Origin: Alphaproteobacteria bacterium
GTDB lineage: Bacteria; Pseudomonadota; Alphaproteobacteria; CAISOG01
DNA length: 60,855 nt
NCBI GenBank assembly: GCA_044375625.1
Contig: JBILMH010000005.1
Span: forward strand, 1-60,855
Direction: 5' to 3'
The position numbers and the translations under genes were made by a program. Positions 17,859 through 26,091 of this stretch are shown here, one piece after another; the first letter of the stretch is position 1; each line of letters starts with the position of its first letter. The notes under the pieces are model-generated. The model did not search any database. It had not been told where the DNA came from and saw only the letters and a list, made by a program, of their open reading frames with translations.

Positions 17859-19153
17859 AATTTTGGGGCGCGGCATTCGACGGCGCGGGCGTGCGCCTCT
17901 AACCCCTCTAACCGTGCCAGGGCGGCAATTTCCCGTGCCAACTGGCCTGGTAAGGTTGAAGGCAAGGATTGGGTGTATGCCGCCGCGCCATGATCGGTGA
18001 TAAAGGTTTTGGGCTTTAGAAAATTGCTGACCGACAGGCCAGCATGGAAGCGCCCCGACCCGTTGGTGGGCAGGGTGTGGTTGGGGCCCAGCCCATAGTC
18101 GCCCAACACTTCGGCGGCGCGGGCACCGACAAAAATACCGCCATATTGGGTGCATTGCTGCCCCCAATGCGATGGGTTTTCGGTCATGATTTGCAGATGT
18201 TCTGGCGCCAATTGGTTGGCCAGCTGCACCGCCTGTTCCAAACTAAGCTGTACCATGGCACCCTGGGACAATGCCGCGCGCGCGGTTGATTGATTCGGCT
18301 GCGGCAGGGTGGGCAGCTGGGCGGCCAGGGCATCTTGCACGCTGGCCAACAAAGCGGACGATGGCGTCAATAGGGTGACAATCGCTTCGGTATCATGTTC
18401 GGCCTGCGCCAACAAATCGGCGGCGATCCAGGCGGGATTGGCACTGTCATCGGCAATAATCAGCAATTCGGATGGACCCGCCAGAAAATCGATGCCGCGC
18501 TGATTGGCGACCATTTGCTTGGCCGCCGCCACCCATTGATTGCCTGGGCCAACAATCATGTCACAGGGGTCAATCAGGCCGCCACCAAAGGCCAGGGTGG
18601 CAATCGCCTGCGCCCCGCCAATCGCCAACACCGCATGCGCGCCCGCAATCGCCGCCGCCGCCAACATCAGGGGGGCGGGGTTGGGCGAGGCCAAGGTAAT
18701 CTGCCGCACCCCCGCAACCTGGGCGGGAATGACCGTCATCAACACGCTGGACACCAGGGGATAGCGCCCGCCCGGCGCATAGCACCCAACCCGTTCAATC
18801 GGGATGTGGCGCACCCCCATGCTTAGCCCTTCTGCGCCAGCGGGCATGTCAAAATCCTGATACAGCTGGCGTTGGCGGGCGGCAAAGCCGCGAATCCGTT
18901 CCGCCGCGGTTTGCAACAGCTGGCGCGGCTCATCGGCCAGATTGGCCAGGGCGGCTTCACAGGCGGCGCGATCATACAGCATCGGCTGTCCCGCAACCCA
19001 TCCATCCCATTGCGCGGCATAGTTTTCGACCGCGGATCGGCCGTGGCGACGAACATCCTCAAGAATCTGTTGCGCCCCCGCCAACACTTCAGCGGGCAGC
19101 GGGTTTGCGGCGCGTGCCAGCAGGCTGGCGGCATCCTTGATAGGCATGATCAT
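17849..19153 (-). CDS. hisD: Histidinol dehydrogenase
   Basis: GCYAPGG, GPGNQWV, AGPSE, DLLAQAEHD, APEHL, GPNHTLPT, EGLEAHA; ATGA overlap with the upstream fusion gene. Confidence 0.96.
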   Translation of the reverse strand: MIMPIKDAASLLARAANPLPAEVLAGAQQILEDVRRHGRSAVENYAAQWDGWVAGQPMLYDRAACEAALANLADEPRQLLQTAAERIRGFAARQRQLYQDFDMPAGAEGLSMGVRHIPIERVGCYAPGGRYPLVSSVLMTVIPAQVAGVRQITLASPNPAPLMLAAAAIAGAHAVLAIGGAQAIATLAFGGGLIDPCDMIVGPGNQWVAAAKQMVANQRGIDFLAGPSELLIIADDSANPAWIAADLLAQAEHDTEAIVTLLTPSSALLASVQDALAAQLPTLPQPNQSTARAALSQGAMVQLSLEQAVQLANQLAPEHLQIMTENPSHWGQQCTQYGGIFVGARAAEVLGDYGLGPNHTLPTNGSGRFHAGLSVSNFLKPKTFITDHGAAAYTQSLPSTLPGQLAREIAALARLEGLEAHARAVECRAPKFEV

Positions 19154-20430
19154 GATGTGGCCTTTCTGTCGCCCCCACGGCGGGCAATTTTGCGGGAACG
19201 GCTGTTCAGTTCGTCCCAAACAGCTGACCAGGGAATGTGCTGTTGCGCCAGCTTGACGGCGGCAAAATACAAAACATCGGCGGTTTCGGCGACAATCTCC
19301 TGCACGGAATTGGCCATCGCCAGCTCGCCCCCCTCCTCCTGAATCTTGGCGTTTAACAGCCCCGGTTCGGCCAGCAATCGTTGGGTATAGGATTGCGCAT
19401 CCTCCGCCTGCATCGCACGATCTATCCGCTGCGCCAGCGCGCTGATACCGCCATTTGTGCCAAAGTCGGCCTCAAAACAGCTGGCTGTTCCCAAATGGCA
19501 AAAGCCGTCGCCCAGTTGTTGCACCGTGAATTGCAGGGCGTCGCGATCGCAATCCACCGCAATCCGCAACAGTTTCTGGCGGGCGCCTGAGGTTTCCCCC
19601 TTACGCCACAGGCCGCCGCGTGATCGGGAATGGTAAATGCCCGCCCCCTCAGCCAACGCCGCCTGCAAGCTTTCGCCATTGGAATAGACCAATCCCAGCG
19701 CCTGGTGGTTGCTATCCACCACCACAGTTGGCCACAGGCCGTCGGCACGGTCGGAAATCATCATGGCCGCCAAACAATCGGCGATGGTCAATTTGCCCGT
19801 ATACAGCGCCATCCCAACCTGGGCATCCACCCCCATCCTGTCCAATTCGGCAATCTGTTGCGCGGTGGTAATGCCGCCCGCCATGGTCAGCTTAACGGTT
19901 GAGGCCGCCGCCAAAATCGGTGCCACCGCCGCGGTGTCAAAGCCGCCCATGGTGCCTTCGATGTCGATGTTGGTTACCAAAAAGCCGCCAACCCAATCGC
20001 GCAGCTCAGCCATGCGGGTCAGGCCAGAGGTTTCCTGCACCGTTTTCCACCCCTCAACCGCTACCTTGCCGCCACGCATATCCACCGCGGCCATCACCCG
20101 ATCCCTGGGCAATTGCGACAAAATGGCCGGCTCAGCCTTAGTGCCCAAAATGACCTTCACCGCCCCCGCGTTCAGCCAATCGCTGGCCGCCTCAAGGCTG
20201 CGAATCCCGCCACCAACGCGACAGGGGGCATGACGGCACAGGGTTTTGATCAGATCGCGGTTATCGCCCTGCCCCATGGCGGCATCCAGATCAATCACCG
20301 CCACCTCACCCGTCATGCCAAATTGTTTGGCCAGGGCAATCGGATCCTCAGCCGCCTGCAACGCCATTTTTTCACCCTGTACCAGCTGAACGGCTTTGCC
20401 ATTCATGATATCTATTGATGGGATAATCAC
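19150..20430 (-). CDS. hisA/hisIE: HisA-HisI-HisE fusion protein
   Basis: N-terminal IIPSID..GKAVQL...VGGGIR barrel; middle SRSR..LWRKGETSG, DCDRD, FCH..C; C-terminal SYTQRL...KIQEE..E...ETADVLYF. Confidence 0.9.
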   Translation of the reverse strand: MIIPSIDIMNGKAVQLVQGEKMALQAAEDPIALAKQFGMTGEVAVIDLDAAMGQGDNRDLIKTLCRHAPCRVGGGIRSLEAASDWLNAGAVKVILGTKAEPAILSQLPRDRVMAAVDMRGGKVAVEGWKTVQETSGLTRMAELRDWVGGFLVTNIDIEGTMGGFDTAAVAPILAAASTVKLTMAGGITTAQQIAELDRMGVDAQVGMALYTGKLTIADCLAAMMISDRADGLWPTVVVDSNHQALGLVYSNGESLQAALAEGAGIYHSRSRGGLWRKGETSGARQKLLRIAVDCDRDALQFTVQQLGDGFCHLGTASCFEADFGTNGGISALAQRIDRAMQAEDAQSYTQRLLAEPGLLNAKIQEEGGELAMANSVQEIVAETADVLYFAAVKLAQQHIPWSAVWDELNSRSRKIARRGGDRKATS

Positions 20431-21167
20431 GGGCGAATCTCCTGACCGGCTTGCGAAAGATAGGTTTTGACGTCGGGGATGCTAAGGATGCCATCATGGA
20501 ACAGGCTAGCGGCCAAAACCGCGCTGGCGCCTGCCTGCAACGCGGCCAGGAAGTCGGGCAACTGCCCCGCCCCGCCTGAGGCGATGACGGGAATGGCAAC
20601 GCTGCCGCTGACCGCCCGCAACAAATCGGTGTCATAGCCGCTTTGCTGACCATCCCGATTCATGCTGGTCAACAGGATTTCGCCCGCCCCCAACTGTTCG
20701 GCCTGTTTAGCCCAGGCGGTTACGTCCCAGGCGGTGGCGTCATGGCCTGCGCGGGTAAAGACCTTGCCGTCTTTCGCGTCAATGGCCACCACCGTGCATT
20801 GACGGCCATAAGCGTTCGCCACCTGTGTAATCAAATCGGGCTGCGCCAGGGCGGCAGAATTCAGCGAGACTTTGTCCGCCCCGACATTCAGCAAGGCCTG
20901 CACATCGGCCAAACTGCGCACACCCCCCCCAACCGTCAGGGGGATCGACAACACCTGTCGAACATCATGCACCAGCGACAGGGTGGCCATGCGGTTTTCA
21001 ACCGTGGCCGTGATATCTAAGATGACCAGCTCATCCGCGCCCTGATCCTGATACAGCTTGGCCGCGGCCACGGGATCGCCCGCATCGCGCAAATCTTTGA
21101 ACTGCACGCCTTTGACAATGCGGCCATTTTTCACATCCAAACAGGGAATAATGCGGCGGGTTAGCAT
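20427..21167 (-). CDS. hisF: Imidazole glycerol phosphate synthase cyclase subunit
   Basis: RIIPCLDV, GADELV.LDI, TVGGGVR, GEILLTSMNRDG, ASGGAG. Confidence 0.97.
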   Translation of the reverse strand: MLTRRIIPCLDVKNGRIVKGVQFKDLRDAGDPVAAAKLYQDQGADELVILDITATVENRMATLSLVHDVRQVLSIPLTVGGGVRSLADVQALLNVGADKVSLNSAALAQPDLITQVANAYGRQCTVVAIDAKDGKVFTRAGHDATAWDVTAWAKQAEQLGAGEILLTSMNRDGQQSGYDTDLLRAVSGSVAIPVIASGGAGQLPDFLAALQAGASAVLAASLFHDGILSIPDVKTYLSQAGQEIRP

Positions 21168-21781
21168 GAAGCGCCCTCCAACCACTGGCTAATTAGGCCT
21201 TCGCCCGCCTTGCCCGACAACTCTGGGTGAAATTGACAGGCCATCACCCCCTGCCGCCTTAGCATGGCCACATAGGGGTAGGCGGCGTCATCGCCATAGG
21301 CAAAGGTGGATAGCTGCCAGCCATCATCGGCCTGCAAGCTTTCCAATCCCACAGCGGGCAGGGCATAGGAATTGGCGAAATAGACATAGTCCTTTTCAGG
21401 CGACATCAGGTTCCAACCCATTTGCGGCACCGGCAGTTTTTGGGTGTTGAGCTTTTTGACGGTTGCGTCTATCACGCCCAACCCCGCCACCCCCGGGCTT
21501 TCATCACTGCCCGCGCACAGAATTTGCATGCCAAGGCAGATCATAAGGGTTTTCTGCCCCGACAAAATGCGGGCACGCAGGGCATCCGTCCAGCCGCGAT
21601 CCGTTAGCGTTTGCATCGCCACGCCAAAGGTGCCCACCCCCGGCACCGCCAGGGCGGGCGCATCGGCAATATCCTGAGCGGTTTCAGCATAGGTTACCGT
21701 GTATCCCAGCCGCTTTAGGCAGGCCGCCATTGAGGCAATGTTGGCAACCCCGCTCGACAAAATACAGACATCGCGGCTCAT
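21161..21781 (-). CDS. hisH: Imidazole glycerol phosphate synthase glutaminase subunit
   Basis: PGVG, ICLGMQ, PQMGWN, QFHPELSG. Confidence 0.94.
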   Translation of the reverse strand: MSRDVCILSSGVANIASMAACLKRLGYTVTYAETAQDIADAPALAVPGVGTFGVAMQTLTDRGWTDALRARILSGQKTLMICLGMQILCAGSDESPGVAGLGVIDATVKKLNTQKLPVPQMGWNLMSPEKDYVYFANSYALPAVGLESLQADDGWQLSTFAYGDDAAYPYVAMLRRQGVMACQFHPELSGKAGEGLISQWLEGASC

Positions 21782-22359
21782 AAAACGCCCTTGGTGCTGA
21801 CGCTGCCATTAACGGTGACGGCGGCCGCCTGGCGAAAGGCCAACGCAAAAGCCTTAAAGGCCGATTCAACCTTATGATGGTCATTCTCCCCACGTAGCAC
21901 GTCAAGATGCAGGGTCAGGCAGGCTTCAGCCGCCAACGTCCGAAAAAAATGGCTGATGTTTTCACAGGCGACATCGCCGATATTCTCACGGTTCAGATTC
22001 AGCGAAATGATGGCGGTCACCCGCGTCGCCAGATCGATAACGGCGCGGCTTAAGGCCTCATCCAACGGGGCATAGGCCGACCCAAAGCGCTGAATCGATT
22101 GCCGCTTGTCCAACGCCTGGCCAACCGCCTTGCCCAGCACGATGGCACAATCCTCAACCGTATGGTGATCATCCACCTGCAGATCGCCTGTCGCCTTCAG
22201 CTGCAAATCCCAGCCAGCATGTTTGGCCAAACATTCCAACATGTGATCAAAAAACCCCAGACCGGTGGCTATCTCACACTGCCCCTGGCCATCCAGATTC
22301 AGGGTCAGGGTGATGGCCGTCTCACGGGTTTGACGGGTTACGGTGGCGTGACGGGTCAT
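21778..22359 (-). CDS. hisB: Imidazoleglycerol-phosphate dehydratase
   Basis: TGLGFFDHML, DDHHTVED, NDHHKVE, STKGVL. Confidence 0.97.
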   Translation of the reverse strand: MTRHATVTRQTRETAITLTLNLDGQGQCEIATGLGFFDHMLECLAKHAGWDLQLKATGDLQVDDHHTVEDCAIVLGKAVGQALDKRQSIQRFGSAYAPLDEALSRAVIDLATRVTAIISLNLNRENIGDVACENISHFFRTLAAEACLTLHLDVLRGENDHHKVESAFKAFALAFRQAAAVTVNGSVSTKGVL

Positions 22360-23393
22360 GGGGAAACCTTTGTTATAGCGTTCATCAGGGTGGCCAGATC
22401 CTGTTCATTTAAGGGTACACCAATGCGGACACAATGGGCGATATGGGGATCATTGGGAAAGCAACGCACCGAAATCCCGCGATCCCCCAAGGATTCGAAC
22501 ATCCTTTGGGCTTGTTCCGCATTTTTGCAGGCAAAGAATACAAAATTTGCCTGGGATGGCCAAACAGAAAAACCAAGCTTGGTCAGGGCGGATTGCAACA
22601 GGGTGCGGTTGGCCTTAATCGCCGCGATGGCCGTATCAACCTGATGCTTTGCGGCCAAAAGCTTTAACCCCTGGTTGATGCTGGGCTGGGAAATGCCATA
22701 GGGTTGCGCCACCTTTTGCATGGCCAGCAGCAGATCGGCATGGCGGCTAAGGGCGTAACCCAACCGCAATCCCGCCGCGCCATAAGCCTTGCTGAAACTT
22801 TGCACCACCACCGTGTTGGGCATGGCCAGCACGGCATCGGTGATATCCTGATCGCTATAGGCCATGTACACCGCATCCAGCACGATTAAGGCCTGGGGGG
22901 CATGATCACGAATGCGGGCGATGACATCAATGGGCACCACCTGCCCCGTTGGATTGTTGGGGGAGGTGACCAGAACAATTCGGGTTTTGGCATCAATGCT
23001 GTCAACGATAGCCTGTTCGGGAAAGGCGGGATCAATCCATGGCACGCAACGCATATCACCGCCCGCCATCGCCACATAGCGCTGAATCATCGGAAAGGTT
23101 GGCACGGCGGTTACCAAATTCCCACCTTCCTCCATCATCGCCAGCATGATTTGCAACAGGGCATCATCCCCCCCCGCGGTGGGGTGAACCATGGCCATGG
23201 GCAGCCCTAGATTGTTGGCCAACGCATCCCGCCAGCCATCAATTTTGGGATAGGAGCCGGCGCAATCACCCAGGATCGCTTGGAAATCAGGAATCACATC
23301 GCGCAGATCCAGCTGGGGGGGACGTTTAGGCCGTGGCGGGGCATAGGGCGCACCAAGGCGGGCAACCCGTTCGGCAAATTGCAACGTCATCAA
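22356..23393 (-). CDS. hisC: Histidinol-phosphate aminotransferase
   Basis: SPNNPTG, DAVY, SFSKAYGAAGLRLGY, SQANF; operon context. Confidence 0.9.
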   Translation of the reverse strand: MMTLQFAERVARLGAPYAPPRPKRPPQLDLRDVIPDFQAILGDCAGSYPKIDGWRDALANNLGLPMAMVHPTAGGDDALLQIMLAMMEEGGNLVTAVPTFPMIQRYVAMAGGDMRCVPWIDPAFPEQAIVDSIDAKTRIVLVTSPNNPTGQVVPIDVIARIRDHAPQALIVLDAVYMAYSDQDITDAVLAMPNTVVVQSFSKAYGAAGLRLGYALSRHADLLLAMQKVAQPYGISQPSINQGLKLLAAKHQVDTAIAAIKANRTLLQSALTKLGFSVWPSQANFVFFACKNAEQAQRMFESLGDRGISVRCFPNDPHIAHCVRIGVPLNEQDLATLMNAITKVSP

Positions 23394-24256
23394 AGCACCA
23401 CTTTGGCCAAATTGGTGATGATAATGTCACAGGCGCCCGCGTTCTTAAGGGCAGGGATCAGGGCAATCACTTGCTTTTTTTCCACCACCGATTTGATGGC
23501 ATAGCCCTGATCGCCCAACAGGTTGGCAACCGTCGGTTGCTTCATCGCTGGGAAAATTTGCATCACCTCAGGCAATTTTTCGGGCGGCACATTGGCTTCG
23601 ACCATGACGCGGCGGCGCCCCTCCAACACCGATTGCAACACCAAACAAAAATCCTGAATCTTTTTGGCTTTTTGGGGGTCTTGCATGGCCTTACGGCTGG
23701 CATACAGGCGGGTGGAGGACTGAAAAATCTTTTCCACAATCGTCAACCCATTGGCGTCCAGGGTTGCCCCCGTTGAGGTGATGTCGAGAATATAGTCGGC
23801 ATCCTCACTAGGAAACACCTCGGTCGAGCCAAAGGATCGGACAAAGGTATCTTGGCGCCCCCCTTGTTGCTGCCAATCGGCGGTCAGCTTAGCATACTCA
23901 CTGGCAACCGTCAGCTGGCGGGGGGGCAGCGCGCCATCCTGAAGCAATTTGTTGGGGGCGGCCACCACCAACCATACGGGATCCAACGCTGTATCCAACA
24001 GCTCCACCAGATTGGCGCCCAATTCCTTAACCCAATCCGCGCCGGCAAAGCCCAAATCGCGCGTGCCCATATCCAGCATTTCAATGATGTTTTGCGGCTT
24101 TAGCATTTTGGCCTCCATCGCGGCGCCGCTGATGGTTGGGCGATAGGCGCGGCTGGCCGTCCGCACGATGACGCCGGCATCCGCCAACAGCCGTTCGACG
24201 CCATCGAACATCCGCCCCTTTGGCAGTGCTAAGCGTAAGGATTGCTCTGAACTCAT
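23390..24256 (-). CDS. hisG: ATP phosphoribosyltransferase, long form
   Basis: LALPKGR, DLGFAG.DWV.E, GSTEV, DITSTGATL, C-terminal regulatory domain LKNAGACDII; ATG follows GAGGGGG. Confidence 0.95.
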   Translation of the reverse strand: MSSEQSLRLALPKGRMFDGVERLLADAGVIVRTASRAYRPTISGAAMEAKMLKPQNIIEMLDMGTRDLGFAGADWVKELGANLVELLDTALDPVWLVVAAPNKLLQDGALPPRQLTVASEYAKLTADWQQQGGRQDTFVRSFGSTEVFPSEDADYILDITSTGATLDANGLTIVEKIFQSSTRLYASRKAMQDPQKAKKIQDFCLVLQSVLEGRRRVMVEANVPPEKLPEVMQIFPAMKQPTVANLLGDQGYAIKSVVEKKQVIALIPALKNAGACDIIITNLAKVVL

Positions 24257-24259
24257 GGT

Positions 24260-24393
24260 TATTTCCCCCTCAAATGTTGGTGCCGTCAAAACCTTGCTGG
24301 CGGGGAATATCTGCAAAAACCATGAAACGCCTAAACAGAGTCACCGCCATATCAAAAGCCCTGGCGGCGGTTGCGTAAAAATTAAAGCCGCCA
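24260..24393 (-). promoter_or_regulatory. Putative his attenuator with alternative pairings and an anti-SD segment
   Basis: mRNA segments UGGCGGC (24393-24387), GCCGCCA (24368-24362), UGGCGG (24349-24344) and UAUUCCCCGCCA (24309-24298), the last complementary to the SD region GGGGGAAAUA; no U-tract terminator seen. Confidence 0.6.
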
Positions 24394-24552
24394 AAGCCCA
24401 TGATGCTGCGCACCATGATGATGCACATGATGATGCACATGATGATGCACATGATGATGCACATGATGATGCACATGATGATGCACATGATGATGCACAT
24501 GATGATGCAACAGATGGATGCAATGCTGGCAAATTGGCGTGTTCTGAATCAT
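24382..24552 (-). CDS. hisL: His operon leader peptide, 56 aa with 28 His (absent from ORF track)
   Basis: Hand translation MIQNTPICQHCIHLL(HHHV)7HHHGAQHHGLWRL*; same strand, 125 nt upstream of hisG. Confidence 0.82.
   Translation of the reverse strand: MIQNTPICQHCIHLLHHHVHHHVHHHVHHHVHHHVHHHVHHHVHHHGAQHHGLWRL
24415..24508. repeat. Perfect 12-bp tandem repeat, about 8 copies
   Basis: ATGATGATGCAC units on +, reading CAT CAT CAT GTG on -. Confidence 0.97.
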
Positions 24553-24822
24553 GATGCCATGCTGATACAGATGATTTCCCTTGTCAAGCTTCAGGCATCC
24601 GACTCAACGTCCAAATCCTTAACCCAATCCGCGCCGGCTGTTCCCTGCATCGTCAATCTTGACTATTGGCGATCCATACTGGGCTATTCATAAATGCTCA
24701 GCCCATCTTCATTCCTTTTGACGAAACAATCAACCGAAAAAGGAACAGGAGCCTTGACTTTAACCTTTTCTCAGGATAACCTTAGACCCAATTGCCAAAA
24801 AACTTAAGAACCGGAGGAAAAA

Positions 24823-25593
24823 ATGGCACAAGATCATCAGAACAATTTTTGGAGATACAAAGCAGAAGTTGGATTTTGTGGCGCTTTATTAGCACTATCA
24901 GCAGCCGCATGCAGTGGTAACCATCAAACTTCCCCACAACCACCTTCAGCAAACCCTTGCCCGAACATTTCACCAAAAGTTTTTTTAAATGATCGTGCAC
25001 TTAGAGCTGACAGTACAAACAGTTTTTTAAAAAGACGTTTGCCAGAATACAGCGTAAGATTGATCGCCGAAGAAAAACGTACAGGTGCGATTTTGGAAAG
25101 TGGAGATAGTACATGCACATACATCGTAGACCGCGCAGCCCCATTTATTGTTAACGTAACTTATAGTGACGCTGCATCGTCCAACCTGTTTACCCACACA
25201 TACGATTATGATGGAGAATTTTTAAATAGTGGTAACCATAAAATTGCCCCACAACCACCTTCAGAAAACCTTTGCCCGAGTATTCTCCCAAGAGTTTTTT
25301 CAGACATAGCTTCTAAGGGTGTAACACAATCTATTAATCAAAAAATCGATGGAATTGCTTTAAGAAAATTTCCAAGACATGAATCTGGAGCAATAGGCAG
25401 GGCTTTCGACAACAGAATATATACAGGTGCGATTTTGAACGGTGGAGATGTTCAATGCACATACCTCGTAGACCGCGCAGCCCCATTTATTGTTAACGTA
25501 ACTTATCGTGGCGCTGCATCGTCCAAACCCTTACAGTTTATCCGCACATACGATTATAATGGAAAATTTTCAGGAGAACGACCTACCAGATAA
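24823..25593 (+). CDS. AT-rich hypothetical lipoprotein with an internal domain duplication
   Basis: GGAGG RBS, lipobox-like AAAC, two repeats SGNH..PQPPS.N.CP...TGAIL..GD..CTY.VDRAAPFIVNVTY...TYDY.G.F. Confidence 0.75.
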   Translation: MAQDHQNNFWRYKAEVGFCGALLALSAAACSGNHQTSPQPPSANPCPNISPKVFLNDRALRADSTNSFLKRRLPEYSVRLIAEEKRTGAILESGDSTCTYIVDRAAPFIVNVTYSDAASSNLFTHTYDYDGEFLNSGNHKIAPQPPSENLCPSILPRVFSDIASKGVTQSINQKIDGIALRKFPRHESGAIGRAFDNRIYTGAILNGGDVQCTYLVDRAAPFIVNVTYRGAASSKPLQFIRTYDYNGKFSGERPTR

Positions 25594-25911
25594 CATGAAA
25601 AATTTATCAAGACAGCATGCCCCCCCCTCAGGGATGAATCCCGCACCTCAGGTTAACGTATCAGCCGTGAAGTCTGCCGATCCTGTCCAATCGGCAGATA
25701 TCAGCGACCGCATCCGCGGATAAGCAGGTCACCCCCTCACCGAACTTTGCCTTGCTTTTTCGTGTCGGAATTCGCCACACTTACCTTGCCAAAAACCATC
25801 AGCTGTGGCAGGGTTGCGACCTGGTTGGTTGGTCAGCCCTTTTCTAAGGAATCTGTTTTTCAGCAGATATCCTTAAAAGTTGTGGCATAAACTTCCACCA
25901 AAGTCTTGCAG

Positions 25912-25986
25912 GCCGCTATAGCTCAGTGGTAGAGCGCACCCTTGGTAAGGGTGAGGTCGACAGTTCAATCCTGTCTAGCGGCACCA
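25912..25986 (+). tRNA. tRNA-Thr(GGT)
   Basis: Acceptor GCCGCTA/TAGCGGC, anticodon arm CACCC-TTGGTAA-GGGTG, encoded CCA. Confidence 0.97.
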
Positions 25987-26091
25987 GCCTTTATCCCACC
26001 CCGCCCCCAACATATATCTTGACGTAGGGCGCTGGTGGCCTGCAAATCATAAAGTCCCCCTTTTTTTCACACCGGGTGTTTGCCTGTTGTC

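Noticed and set aside
24415-24508. Possible CRISPR array
   Set aside because: Contiguous 12-bp units with no spacers, and no cas genes in the window.
24168-24693. Track ORFs over the 12-bp repeat (HDDA, CIIM, ASSC, MMMH frames)
   Set aside because: These are open frames produced by a stop-free repeat. Only the minus-strand HHHV frame fits the his-operon orientation and logic.
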